A stretch of 64,000 nt of DNA from positions 32,379 through 96,378 of the forward strand of contig JAISMF010000065.1 in NCBI GenBank assembly GCA_031276865.1, read 5' to 3'. This stretch comes from Deltaproteobacteria bacterium. GTDB taxonomy: Bacteria; Desulfobacterota; Desulfarculia; Adiutricales; Adiutricaceae. Position 1 is the stretch's first letter, and each line of letters opens with the position of its first letter. The position numbers and the translations under genes are program-made. A model generated the notes under the pieces. The model did no database searches. It saw only the letters and a program-made list of their open reading frames with translations, and was not told where the DNA came from. Of the stretch, positions 40,001 to 52,115 are shown piece after piece.

Positions 40001-42554
40001 CGTCACTAACGGTATTGTCGTGAAACACATTTCCTTTTACAGTCAATATATGCGCGGTAGCATCGGGATTAGATGTATTTGTTACTCCGCTCGCTCCAAT
40101 AATGCCACCGCCGTATAAAGTTTCCGCCTTAACTGTGTTTTCATGAAAAATATTTGCTCCGGTTACACTAGTTATCTCAGATTTTCCTTCTAAAGAATAA
40201 GCGCCAAAAATACCTCCGCCAAATAATATCGAAGTCGCTTCTACAGCATTCCCTTGAATCTCATTTCCAGTTATATCATATATATAAACTTCGCCCTGAT
40301 CTTTAGTTCCAGCGACACCAATTAAACCGCCTCCGAATATTTCGTCCGCTATAACAGTAGGGTTGGCAGTATCCGTATCAATAATTACATTATTTGAAAC
40401 AGTATCTATTTCAGCTTTACCAGTTTCGGAATATACACCGATAATTCCACCTCCGGTAATATTATCTGTTATTACAATTCTGCTGTCTTTTATTTGATTT
40501 CCATCAACTGATCCTAGATGGGCATTTCCTGTATTGGCTGGATCGTTTGTAGGCGCAGCCAATCCTAACAAACCGCCGCCTTTTAAATTATTTGAACTGT
40601 AGTAAATGTATTCAAATCTATTTTGTTCAAACGATATACCAAAGGCGCTACCTTTTTCAGCCCTGACGCCGATAATTCCGCCACCAATCGTATCGTTAAT
40701 TATCTCAACTTTAAATGTTTGATAGTCTGAACTTCCAATGAAATAATTACCATTAATCACGCCCACGAAGGCGGCGGCAGTGACGCTGTCGGCGGCATCA
40801 ACTCCGATAACTCCTCCACCCAAGAGATCGTGCTGTGCTATGACGCTAATATTGTCAAAATAATTATCGTTTATAAAGCCTAACGCAACAGTCGTTGCTG
40901 ATGATATACCTACAAGACCGCCACCTCTTATATCTCCGAATTGCCCATCGCTTGAAGCTGAACCACTAGTAGTGGCGGAAATATTTATCCCACGGAACAC
41001 ATTTCTCTGCAATGCGGCCAAGGAAGACGCGTTTACCATACTGCGCAGACCGATTATCCCGCCTCCCTCTATATTTCCACCTTCATAAGTAGTAGCTGTA
41101 CCTGAGTCGGGAACAGTAACTGTACCTCTAAAAGTTCCGGTTGTTACTTCTATATTATAAAAGAGATTATCCTGCGCTATATTTAATGTACTACCCGTAG
41201 TCTTATTACTATTTTCATTAGCCTGTAATCCGACAATACCACCGCCACGTATATAAGTTCCCACATTGACAGTTATACCGGCGAAAGTATTATTTTCAAG
41301 AATGTCCAGCTTATTCGTTGCATTAGAGAGGGCGTTTAAACCGATAACACCTCCGCCGCGTAGAGCGTATTGACTTTTAATATCAATACCACCGTTGGAG
41401 ACCCCCTTTGTCCCGCTTCCAAAAATATTACCGCTAACAGTCAGAAGGTTTGCTTCGGTATCATCAGTAGCCCGGCTATTATTATTAACACCGACGACAC
41501 CTCCTCCCAATATTATGTCTCCCGAATCGATATTTATTTGATAAAATAAATTATTTTTAAGTTCACCTATTTGCGCGATACCTTTTTTCACTGCTGGCGA
41601 TGATACCCCGTCAACTCCAATTATGCCACCGCCTTCTATATAAGGTTTCCCGTCTGCCGTTGTATTGGTAGTCACCACGCTGAGATTGCGGAAAATATTT
41701 CCTTCAATTGAACCTATTTCGGTCGATCCGTCTGTTGAACGTAGCCCGATGATACCTCCGCCGGCTAGATAATTCTTATCAGTGTTAACATTATTGGTTG
41801 TAACAGTGATTTCAATGTTGCTAAATTCATTTTCCTTAATGTGTCCAAAGCTTTCATGTTGGGCGTTGTTTGAGACGTTCCCTATGAACGTGTTGACCGC
41901 ACCATTGGGAGCAGTATATGGGTCATCAGCGGCGAACTGAATTTTAAAATCTTTAAATCTAATATTATCAATAGAAAAGTTAGTAACACCTGAATCCATT
42001 CTTATCAATTTATTGTTATTCCCAGCAGCGGCTGGACCGGTATACGTCCTAGTGTTTCCATCTCCTTGTATATAAATCATAGAGCCGGTGTTCATGGAGC
42101 TTAAACTTAGGAAACTAGTAAATGCCGTTCCAAAGTCGGCAAGAGCGGTGGAATATGAGCTCGAAGGATCGAAAGACGGATCGAGCGGATTTATATTTGC
42201 CAAATTATTATTCGTTATTAAAGAGGACGCGGTTCCGCTGATTACGGTTCCGTAGGTCGTCCCAAGTGTTCCCCGCAAAGTCTGGCCTGACGCGCTAACA
42301 GGTATACCATTATCTGTATTGATAATCTCCACGCCAGTCACAGTATCCTGAAAATAGATAGTTCCATTAGCAGGCGTGCCGGAGAACCCTCCCAATAACT
42401 CGGCGTGACCAACCTCTCCAGTACCTGTTACCATATTTCCCCTGGCCGTTCCCGCCGCCAAAATCAGCGCAGTGAAAACCAGGAACAGTATCGAGAGCGG
42501 CGTGGAGGTGAGTGGTGTTTTTCCCGCTGTCTGGTGAATCATTCTCCTAGGCAT
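37056..42554 (-). CDS. Giant Pmp-like (polymorphic outer membrane protein repeat) autotransporter adhesin, 1832 aa
   Basis: N-terminal signal-like segment LSILFLVFTALILAAGTARG. About 20 copies of GGG(I/V/L)(I/V)G, each preceded by (G/N)N-x-F-x-x-(I/N/V). C-terminal ~280 aa of alternating beta-strand pattern ending GIRLGYEF. Strong SD aaggagg. Confidence 0.8.
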   Translation of the reverse strand: MPRRMIHQTAGKTPLTSTPLSILFLVFTALILAAGTARGNMVTGTGEVGHAELLGGFSGTPANGTIYFQDTVTGVEIINTDNGIPVSASGQTLRGTLGTTYGTVISGTASSLITNNNLANINPLDPSFDPSSSYSTALADFGTAFTSFLSLSSMNTGSMIYIQGDGNTRTYTGPAAAGNNNKLIRMDSGVTNFSIDNIRFKDFKIQFAADDPYTAPNGAVNTFIGNVSNNAQHESFGHIKENEFSNIEITVTTNNVNTDKNYLAGGGIIGLRSTDGSTEIGSIEGNIFRNLSVVTTNTTADGKPYIEGGGIIGVDGVSSPAVKKGIAQIGELKNNLFYQINIDSGDIILGGGVVGVNNNSRATDDTEANLLTVSGNIFGSGTKGVSNGGIDIKSQYALRGGGVIGLNALSNATNKLDILENNTFAGITVNVGTYIRGGGIVGLQANENSNKTTGSTLNIAQDNLFYNIEVTTGTFRGTVTVPDSGTATTYEGGNIEGGGIIGLRSMVNASSLAALQRNVFRGINISATTSGSASSDGQFGDIRGGGLVGISSATTVALGFINDNYFDNISVIAQHDLLGGGVIGVDAADSVTAAAFVGVINGNYFIGSSDYQTFKVEIINDTIGGGIIGVRAEKGSAFGISFEQNRFEYIYYSSNNLKGGGLLGLAAPTNDPANTGNAHLGSVDGNQIKDSRIVITDNITGGGIIGVYSETGKAEIDTVSNNVIIDTDTANPTVIADEIFGGGLIGVAGTKDQGEVYIYDITGNEIQGNAVEATSILFGGGIFGAYSLEGKSEITSVTGANIFHENTVKAETLYGGGIIGASGVTNTSNPDATAHILTVKGNVFHDNTVSDANLLFGGGIIGAMSAFGLAELGDISENEFSELKVQTLTNNTSSLLGGGIIGALGLTSTAPARINNVSGNDYIANEVTLNGLGMVGGGLIGVMTWQGPGEIGTISGNTFNKDNKVKTTRPPSGQSGPTSILGSIQGGGFIGVVGYEPGSTAHIGTITSNYFLFDKSVSDPAVSSAGFIMGGGIIGTWADESSSIDSVIGNVFINIKVSAGTFIDGGGIIGVNGLRGTRNNAPDPNMPKVHISLIEYSTFVGNEITANNGPIGGGAVYTFGLGQGDANGTLKISNSWFTDNKFSSTVTPNTGIYNGINNSPDAKVYGTVVVDTGTCNKFDGSGDCINKESYDTLILEANGNNNTIFRNNEINENGAKRYNSLYFGGVQIVDWVPVPYSSPIDGEYETLAPKVMSNAKLVIDAQSGSQVQVLDPIKVDQLLDNDTATYAGSFFMEVLGNGGDFIWDGDNVFLVGTYDPDDHGIILNNVELRDNSRTILKDGMTLDAEEHIFHLSPAGYMEVNGWEKDPLHFPNQTNTLWIKKAQLEGQIHFMLNGDDVNNADRVLLKVYPTNNDTTPGQVSVEGALITLSSFTLGRELVPGDDRFFLISAGSEEANDHESTASNYSIGGTPRNQYASSRRSNMTDYEFIIDRMDKPGGTDTTGNRFQVARLRRIAPSPTTTIFTQGFAVGSAFMAQTSTWLPDHSYQQADMAINGDNYWQIFAGIDFSRFNLDVMDDFDINASTFLAGVAKKYTGDLGKFLFGVYVEGGYGKFDIGDEVQHINGLTELIKGEGHLRYIGLGLMARQTFNNKFRIEASFRSGTMENDFKSTVPNFNENDYLGYKLRTPYLAAHLGLAYMYDINAVSSLDFVLRGYWSRLNGKSVYVEDGEHIAFSDTDSLRARGGIRYTRLTPNDTYWYVGGYYDYEFDQKFTASVEDGRFQLDTPSMTGGTGIFEIGLISHPTENKHFSLEFGFQGYVGEIEGLSGGIRLGYEF

Positions 42555-43178
42555 GGTGTATATTCCTCCTTAAACCGCTATAACTAGCATGGGATGCGGC
42601 GGTGGTAACGCCGTTTATATGTTCAGCGGGGCATCAGCCCCCGCCTGAATCAGACTGAGTCGCGATATAAGTTTGTTTTAACATGAGTCCTGAACAGAAA
42701 AATCAATCCTGTAAACGGGGCGTAAACACTCCCAAACGTGAAAATCAGCCTTGAACCGCGAATCGCCGGCTGTTTTGAAAATCAGGCTTGACACGGGGCT
42801 CAAAGCCAGTTTTCCCGCGGAAAAGGCCGTGATAAGGTACGATAATTTCAGCCATTCTGAAACCAAGACGCGGCCTCGGACAGCCGTTTCCTAGTTAAGA
42901 GCCCTTGATAATTGAATTTTTTGGATTGAAGACGGACAACGGAGGGGTAATTTTTCGAAAAAAGGAAAGCCTTCTTTACCCCTAATTGGGCATTTTATCA
43001 CCGATTTGAGAAAAAATGAACAATCATTATAAAAATAAACAGTATTTCCAGTTAAGCCTAAAATTATAAATTTTCTATAAATTCAGGGCACTTATACCGA
43101 TAAGAGCCTAAAAAAGCCCTAACCGCGTTGTAAAATTATTTCGAAATTCTTTCTCTTTTGAAATTCCCGAAGGTATTT

Positions 43179-44225
43179 TCAGAGGGCCTGGCGCTTGTCC
43201 CGCTCGGCGACGGCTTCGAACTCGCCCCGGACCTCTTTGAAGGCCTCCACCACCCTGGGGTCGAACTCCGTCCCCGAACCCCCGGTAATGATCCTATCGG
43301 CCTCGTCGTAGCTTAAAGCCTTCCGGTAGACCCTGTCCGTCACCAGGGAGTCGAAGACGTTGGCGACGCTCATGATCCGGTTGCAGAGCTCTATCCCCTC
43401 CCCCTTCTTCCCGTGGGGGTAGCCCTTCCCGTCGAAGCGCTCGTGGTGGCCCTCGGCTATGAGGATGGCGTACCTCAGATAGATCTGGGTGGGGGTGCTC
43501 TCGTAGATGGCCCTAAGCACCTCGGCGCCAATAATGGTGTGATTTTTTACGATCCCGTACTCCTCAGGGGTGAGATCGCCCTTCTTCATGAGGATGAGAT
43601 CGGAGAGGCCGATCTTCCCAATGTCGTGGAGGGGGGTGGCCCTCACTATCAGATCCAGCTCCCCGGCGGTGAGCTCCGGGGAGAAGGTCCCCCACTTTAA
43701 AAGGGTCTTACCCAGAAGGTCCACGTAAACGGAGGTTCGTTTGACGTGGCCTCCGGTGTTCTCGTCCCGGGCCTCTATAAGCTCGGCGAACGAGGTGACG
43801 ATGCTGTCCTCCAGCTCCCGCACCGTGTTCTCCAGCCTGGACTGGTACTGGTGGAACTTCAAATGGAGTTCCAGGCGGTGGGTGAGGATGCTCTTTTCGA
43901 AAGGCTTCGCTATAAAGTCCATGGCCCCCACCGAGAGGGCCTTCACCTCGGTCGCGGGGTCGTTGTTGGCGGAGAGGAAGATCACCGGGAGCTTGGGAAT
44001 CTCCGGATTCTCCCTCATCCTCTTCAAGGTCTCGAAACCGTCCATATCCGGCATCTCGATATCCAAGAGCACCAGATCTAGGGCCTGTTTGGAGGCGATT
44101 TTGAGGGCCTGCTCGCCGGACTTGGCCATGACCACCCGGTAGACGTCCGAAAGCTGGGCGCTTATGTACTTCAGATTGGAGATGTTGTCGTCCACCACCA
44201 GGATCTGCTTCTTCACCGCCTCCAT
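43179..44225 (-). CDS. Response regulator with REC and HD-GYP (c-di-GMP phosphodiesterase) domains
   Basis: ILVVDD...LLDIEMPDMDG...KP receiver. HDIGK and HHERFDGKGYP motifs. Confidence 0.85.
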   Translation of the reverse strand: MEAVKKQILVVDDNISNLKYISAQLSDVYRVVMAKSGEQALKIASKQALDLVLLDIEMPDMDGFETLKRMRENPEIPKLPVIFLSANNDPATEVKALSVGAMDFIAKPFEKSILTHRLELHLKFHQYQSRLENTVRELEDSIVTSFAELIEARDENTGGHVKRTSVYVDLLGKTLLKWGTFSPELTAGELDLIVRATPLHDIGKIGLSDLILMKKGDLTPEEYGIVKNHTIIGAEVLRAIYESTPTQIYLRYAILIAEGHHERFDGKGYPHGKKGEGIELCNRIMSVANVFDSLVTDRVYRKALSYDEADRIITGGSGTEFDPRVVEAFKEVRGEFEAVAERDKRQAL

Positions 44226-44238
44226 AGCCGCCTCCCCC

Positions 44239-45459
44239 TTAATGGCGCTTGAACATCAGGTGGTTTTCGCAGAAGACGTCGGCTAAAACCGGATCGAAGA
44301 GCTTGCCCTTCTCCTCCTTCATTATGTTCATGGCCACGTCGTGGGGAAGGGCGGGCCGATAGATGCGGTCCTCCACCAAAGCGTCGTAGACGTCGGCCAC
44401 GGCCATGATGCGGCTGCAAAGAGGAATGTCCGTTCCGGAAAGACCGCTCGGGTAGCCCCCGCCGTTCCACTTTTCATGGTGGCTCTCGGCTATCTTTTTA
44501 GCGTAGTTGAGGTAATGCTGGGTGGGCGCCCTTTTGTACATCTTGTCTATTATCCCGGCGCCTATCACCGTATGCATCTTCATCTGCTCGTACTCATCGT
44601 CGTTAAGCTTCCCCTGCTTTAAAAGGATGGCGTCCGAAACGCCTATTTTTCCTATGTCGTGAAGGGGGGCGGCCCTGGTTATGAGGCTAAGCTCTTTTTG
44701 GTTGAGCTCCTCGGGGAAAAGACCCCGCTCCAATAAAAGCTGCCCCAGAAGGGCCACGTAATCGCGGGTGCGCACCACGTGGCCGCCGGTGTTTCCGTCC
44801 CGGCACTCTATAAGGCCGGAAAAGGAGGCCACCATGCTGTCCTCCAGCTCCTTCACCGTATCCTCCAGCTGCTGCTGGTAGTGGTTGAAGCTGACATGAA
44901 GGCTTATGCGGTGGCGCAGGATGTCTTTTTCAAAGGGTTTGGTGACGAAATCCACCGCCCCGGATTCCAAGGCCCGCACCTCGGTTTCCGGGTCGCGGTT
45001 GGCGGTGAGGTAGATTACCGGCACCCGGTTTAAGAGGTCGTGGCCTTTGAGCCGCTCCATGGTCTCAAAACCGTCCATATCCGGCATTTCTATGTCCAGG
45101 AGAATCAGATCGGGCACCGACTTAGCGCCCATCGCCAGGCACTGCTCCCCCGATTTGGCCAAGCTTATCTTGTAGACGCCGGAGAGCTGGCTCCGCACGA
45201 ACTTAAGATTCGCCAGGTTGTCGTCCACCACCAGGATGTGGGGCGCCGACCCCTGATCCTGGCCCGGTTTCGCTAATTCTCCCGCCTCGGCCAAAACCCC
45301 GCCTTCCTTCCGAACCGGCGCGGTAAAGCGCCGGAGTCCCGCGCCGGGAAACACCTTAAGCCTCCGGACCGCTTCCCGGGGAGAGGTTCCGGAATGCCAT
45401 ATTTTAGCATAAACCCTTTCATTAAGCCCGAAAACCAAATTTGTTATTATATTATACAA
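44239..45459 (-). CDS. Response regulator with REC and HD-GYP domains (paralog of the previous gene); start uncertain
   Basis: ILVVDD...LLDIEMPDMDG receiver. HDIGK and HHEKWNGGGYP. An in-frame TTG at 45294 preceded by ggaaggaagg would give 351 aa, matching the 348-aa neighbour. Confidence 0.8.
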   Translation of the reverse strand: MYNIITNLVFGLNERVYAKIWHSGTSPREAVRRLKVFPGAGLRRFTAPVRKEGGVLAEAGELAKPGQDQGSAPHILVVDDNLANLKFVRSQLSGVYKISLAKSGEQCLAMGAKSVPDLILLDIEMPDMDGFETMERLKGHDLLNRVPVIYLTANRDPETEVRALESGAVDFVTKPFEKDILRHRISLHVSFNHYQQQLEDTVKELEDSMVASFSGLIECRDGNTGGHVVRTRDYVALLGQLLLERGLFPEELNQKELSLITRAAPLHDIGKIGVSDAILLKQGKLNDDEYEQMKMHTVIGAGIIDKMYKRAPTQHYLNYAKKIAESHHEKWNGGGYPSGLSGTDIPLCSRIMAVADVYDALVEDRIYRPALPHDVAMNIMKEEKGKLFDPVLADVFCENHLMFKRH

Positions 45460-45925
45460 CTTTCCTATTTAATTTGCTCTCTTAGCGACCCACGCTCAAG
45501 CAATCAGCTGTTCCTGAGGTGAAAAAGATCTTCCCAACCGTGATCCGCCTCTTTAAAAACATCGTAAATTTTGAATATTTCGAATTTGCAAATTCCAACG
45601 AAATTTTCTGGACCAGGATGAAAAACGCGAAGAAAGTTATCAGCGATAACTTAGGTCGATAAAACGCGGGTTATTTTATGAGACGTCAGATGAAAGAAAT
45701 AAAAGAGAACGTAAAGGAAATAATTTCGCCAATAAATGCTTAAAGGAGGGGTCGGAGCGCGGCCGGGCTGATAAAGAGGCGGGGAAAGAGACGGGCGGTA
45801 CACCCGACGAGGCCGGGATAGACTTCGGCGGACCCCAGGCGTAAAACACGGGGCGAGCGTCTAACCGCTTTCACGATATTTGTGTTGCTGACAACAATAT
45901 TTGTCTTCCCGGCATCGGAGCTAAA

Positions 45926-46229
45926 GGTCGAGGGGTGAGGAGTGAGGGGTGAAGGGCGATGCTTAAAAGTAACAGATGAGGAGTGAGGAGTGAGGAGTGA
46001 TTGGTGAAGGGTGAGTGGCGAGGGTTGATGGATGAGGGTCGAGGGTGAAAGTTGAAGGTTCCTAATCTCAGGTCGAGGATTAAGGTTGAAGGTTCCTGGT
46101 CTCAGGTCGAGGATTAAGGTTGATGGGTCCTGGTCTCAGTTCGAGGATTAAGGTTGAAGGTTCCTAATCTCAGGTCGAGGGTTAAAGTTGAAGGTTCCTG
46201 GTCTCAGGTCGAGGGTTAAGGGTTGAAGC
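45926..46229. repeat. G/T-rich repeat block: degenerate GGTGAGGA-type repeats, then five perfect-register 34-nt units (46051-46220)
   Basis: Unit GTTGAAGGTTCCTRRTCTCAGGTCGAGGRTTAAG read head-to-tail with no spacers. Confidence 0.9.
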
Positions 46230-46841
46230 TAAGTAAATTGAAACCGTTTCCCGTTTTCATTATCAGCAGTCAAGCCCTTTTGAGCCTGATAATAACCCAA
46301 AATTACCGTTTCCAGCCTCCGGTTTACGGTTTTCAGCTTGATTTTTCCAGGTATCGTTTTGGAACCTTCCCCCTAAACGCATTGCTATTAAATCAGACTC
46401 CCGGGGGAAAGAAAATCTATTTTCATACCCGCATACCCGCCGTAATTTAGAAAACTCACGGGGGAGCGCCGAAAATATCCCCGCGACGCCTAGGGCGCGT
46501 CATGACGGCGGAATTTAAAAAGTTCCCAGCCAGAAATACAGTTTTACGCCGAAATCTTTCGGAAGGAGGAAAAAACGGGAAGATTGAAACTAAAAGCCTA
46601 AACCGCCACCTCGAAGGAACAACAAAACGGCCCAAACGAAAGAACCTTCAGTCGGTGGAGGTAAAGAGGCGGCTGAAAGCCGCGCTCCAAGCCGTCGGTA
46701 TCGCTTGAAACCGGAAAGCGGGAAAGGGGGAAAACTTGTGGAAAGCGTTTTGAAACGGGAAAAGCTGGAACCGAATCCCTAAAAGCGCCGCTCTTTTAAA
46801 GGAAGCGGCCTTAAAAACGCCACCGCCGCCACGGCCGGCCC

Positions 46842-49679
<2,838 letters not shown>

Positions 49680-50220
49680 CTCCGGGCGGGAAAAGCGGAA
49701 ATCCGGAAAGGATAAAAGCCTTGAAGAAGAAATTCTCTTTTTAAAGAGATCGGGGAGAAAAGCGCCTTGAACCCGCCGGCCTCGACGGTCTTTTTCCGCT
49801 CCCCGGCCCCGCCATTCTAGTTCAGGGCCGCTTGAAGTTCAAGACGCGTCCGGAGACTGTATTCAAACTCGGTGCCAAAACAGGAGTTTAAGCGGGGTTG
49901 AAACAAAAAAAATACCCAGGTCCTTCTTTTCCCTCATCCAGCCTGACGCGAAGGACTAACTTTTCGGCTGAAAATCAATATACGAAGTATATATTATATA
50001 TAATTTGTCTAATTATAATAACACGGTAAAAAATCAATCCCGCCCCGCCATCCTCCGCTCCTCCGCGCGGACGGAGACGGCCGGAAGCGGCGCCGGAAAA
50101 TCAAGGAGTTTTTCCGGAACTCCAGCGCGCGGGAAGGCGCCTCCTCCCGGCTCTTCACGCTCCCCGTGAGCCGGGGCGGGGAAAAAGCGAGGCGGGGCGA
50201 ACTAAGTTGGCGGAACTTAA

Positions 50221-50280
50221 GTTCGCCCGCCGGTTCGCCCGCCGGTTCGCCCGTTGGTTCGTCCGGTGGTTAGCCCGCCG
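50221..50280. repeat. 12-nt tandem repeat GTTCGCCCGCCG x5 (degenerate)
   Basis: Read directly. Confidence 0.8.
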
Positions 50281-50942
50281 GAAAAAGTTCCCACCTCAAA
50301 TAAGCCAAAAACCGGGGCCGCGGTAAGTTAAAAGACAAACCGGACTTGGCCCGGAGTCCGGCCGGAGAGGCCTCTGAAAAACATGCTCGACGCGGGCGCT
50401 TGAACCCTGGAGACTTCTAAAACCCCGTATATTTTCGGTTACCGGCGAGCATCTCATTATATACTGTATATTTATTAGTTTTTCCTATATATTGTGTAAA
50501 ATTTCTTTCTATTTTGAGAGACGGTTTTCCCGCGCCCATGAAGATTTAAAGCCTGTTTTAAAAGCGAGCCTTTCCGCATCGGGCGGCGCGGCGGATTTTT
50601 TCGGCTCCGGTTTCACCGGCGTTCGCGCCCTTTTTCCCTCCCCCGCCTTTAGGGCCCCGGGGTCTTTCCGGTTTGAGGATTTTATTGGCGTCTTTCTTAC
50701 AGCATACCTTCTATTATTTACTCTCTAATTTATACATAATTTAGGCCTCCGCGGCTTCCCGCCTTCTTTCCGGCTCCGGCGTCCATGACGACGCCTCCGG
50801 CCTGAAATCTTCCTAGGCGTTCCGTGTCCGCCGGGCGCTAAGCCCCCGACCCGGACTACTTTCGGAAGGCTGGTATCTTACTGACGCGGGACGTTTATAC
50901 GGAGGCGGCTTTGGGGAGCCGCCGCTCAAGGGAGGGGAAAAA

Positions 50943-52115
50943 TTAGAAGACGCAGCAGGTGAAGGAATAGGTGTGGATCCTGTTGGTAAGGGAACCGTCC
51001 CGGTTTCTGAAGGGACAGATCTCGCCTCCGGAGTAGCAGAAGATGTAGGGAAGCTTGTTTTCGCCCCCCAGATGCTTTTTTATCGCCTTGATCTCCATCT
51101 CCGCGTCGTAGCTGAAGGCCACGAAGTACCTGGCGGCGCAGGAGTGGAACACGGCGAAGGTGTAGTCCTTTTCAGCCTTCATGGACTCCAGGGTCTTGTC
51201 CACGGAGGCCTGAAGTTCGGAAACATCGATGTTGCTAACCGAAATGGTGGCCCCCCGCTTGACTCCGCTGTTTAAGATCACGGAACCGTCCTCCAGGTTG
51301 GTGAGCATGGCCCTGACGTAGGGAAGGGATCCGTCGTTTAAGTCCATTATCAGGGGGAAAAGCTCGGGAAAGAGGAGGTTTCCGGCTTCGTCCTCGGAGA
51401 GGCCCATCTGCAGGAAGTAGTCCTTGGCGGGATAATCGTTGATGGTGAGGATGCGGTTGTTCTTGGAGGAGGTTATCACCCCCTTGTCCTTGAGGTGCTT
51501 CTCCTCCGAAAAGGAGCCCCTAAAAAAGCGGGGCTTCACGTCTCCGTAGATGAGGAGGATGGACATCCTGTCATCGAAGGCCTCCCCGTTGAAGAGCACC
51601 TTGGCGTCGTTGAAGCTGACCAAGGCCGGACTCGAGGAGAGGGTCCCGTAAATGGGCACCCCCGGGGCCAAAGAGGACAGGTACTCGATCATGGTGTCCG
51701 GATCGTATTCGGACACCAGGGGAAAGAAGGTCATGATGAGGGTGGGCTCCCCCCCGCGCCTTTCCTTCGCCTCCCTATAAGCCCGCTCCACCACCGAATT
51801 GTCCCCGCTTTTCAAGCGCTCCGTGGCGACGGCGGAAAACTTCAGCTCGTCGGAGGTGATCACCATCAAAGCCAATATCTGGGAGACCCGGCTGGTGGCC
51901 ACAGCCGCGGTGATGGTGGTGGCTCCCAAGACGGGAAAATCCAGTTTTTGACAAAGCGCCTCGTAAACGCCCGAAAAATGAAACCCGGGGTCGCAGTAGA
52001 CGAGTCCCACGGAGTCGGAAAGCAGCTTCGAGGTGTCCAGCCGCCCCAGGAGCTCGTTTACGGCGGCGTCGACGTCGTCAAGTTCTTCGGTGTAGGCGAT
52101 CAGGGCTTTATGCAT
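50943..52115 (-). CDS. FIST-domain (FIST_N/FIST_C) signal-sensing protein
   Basis: Overall pattern of FIST proteins (LVYCDPGF..., VLGATTITAAV, ...FHSCAARY..., FCYSGGEICPF). Start taken at MHKALIAYTEE. The track ORF extends to 52217 with a low-complexity 34-aa extension. Confidence 0.6.
   Translation of the reverse strand: MHKALIAYTEELDDVDAAVNELLGRLDTSKLLSDSVGLVYCDPGFHFSGVYEALCQKLDFPVLGATTITAAVATSRVSQILALMVITSDELKFSAVATERLKSGDNSVVERAYREAKERRGGEPTLIMTFFPLVSEYDPDTMIEYLSSLAPGVPIYGTLSSSPALVSFNDAKVLFNGEAFDDRMSILLIYGDVKPRFFRGSFSEEKHLKDKGVITSSKNNRILTINDYPAKDYFLQMGLSEDEAGNLLFPELFPLIMDLNDGSLPYVRAMLTNLEDGSVILNSGVKRGATISVSNIDVSELQASVDKTLESMKAEKDYTFAVFHSCAARYFVAFSYDAEMEIKAIKKHLGGENKLPYIFCYSGGEICPFRNRDGSLTNRIHTYSFTCCVF

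Noticed and set aside
42555-43178. Possible c-di-GMP riboswitch in the autotransporter leader, given the adjacent HD-GYP genes
   Set aside because: Reading the minus strand I found hairpins (for example gcgggg…ccccgc) and a repeated GCTGATTTTCA word. I did not find the conserved GEMM-I/II cores. This cannot be excluded without a covariance-model search.
46051-46220. CRISPR array
   Set aside because: The 34-nt units are directly abutting with no spacers, and no cas genes are present in the window.
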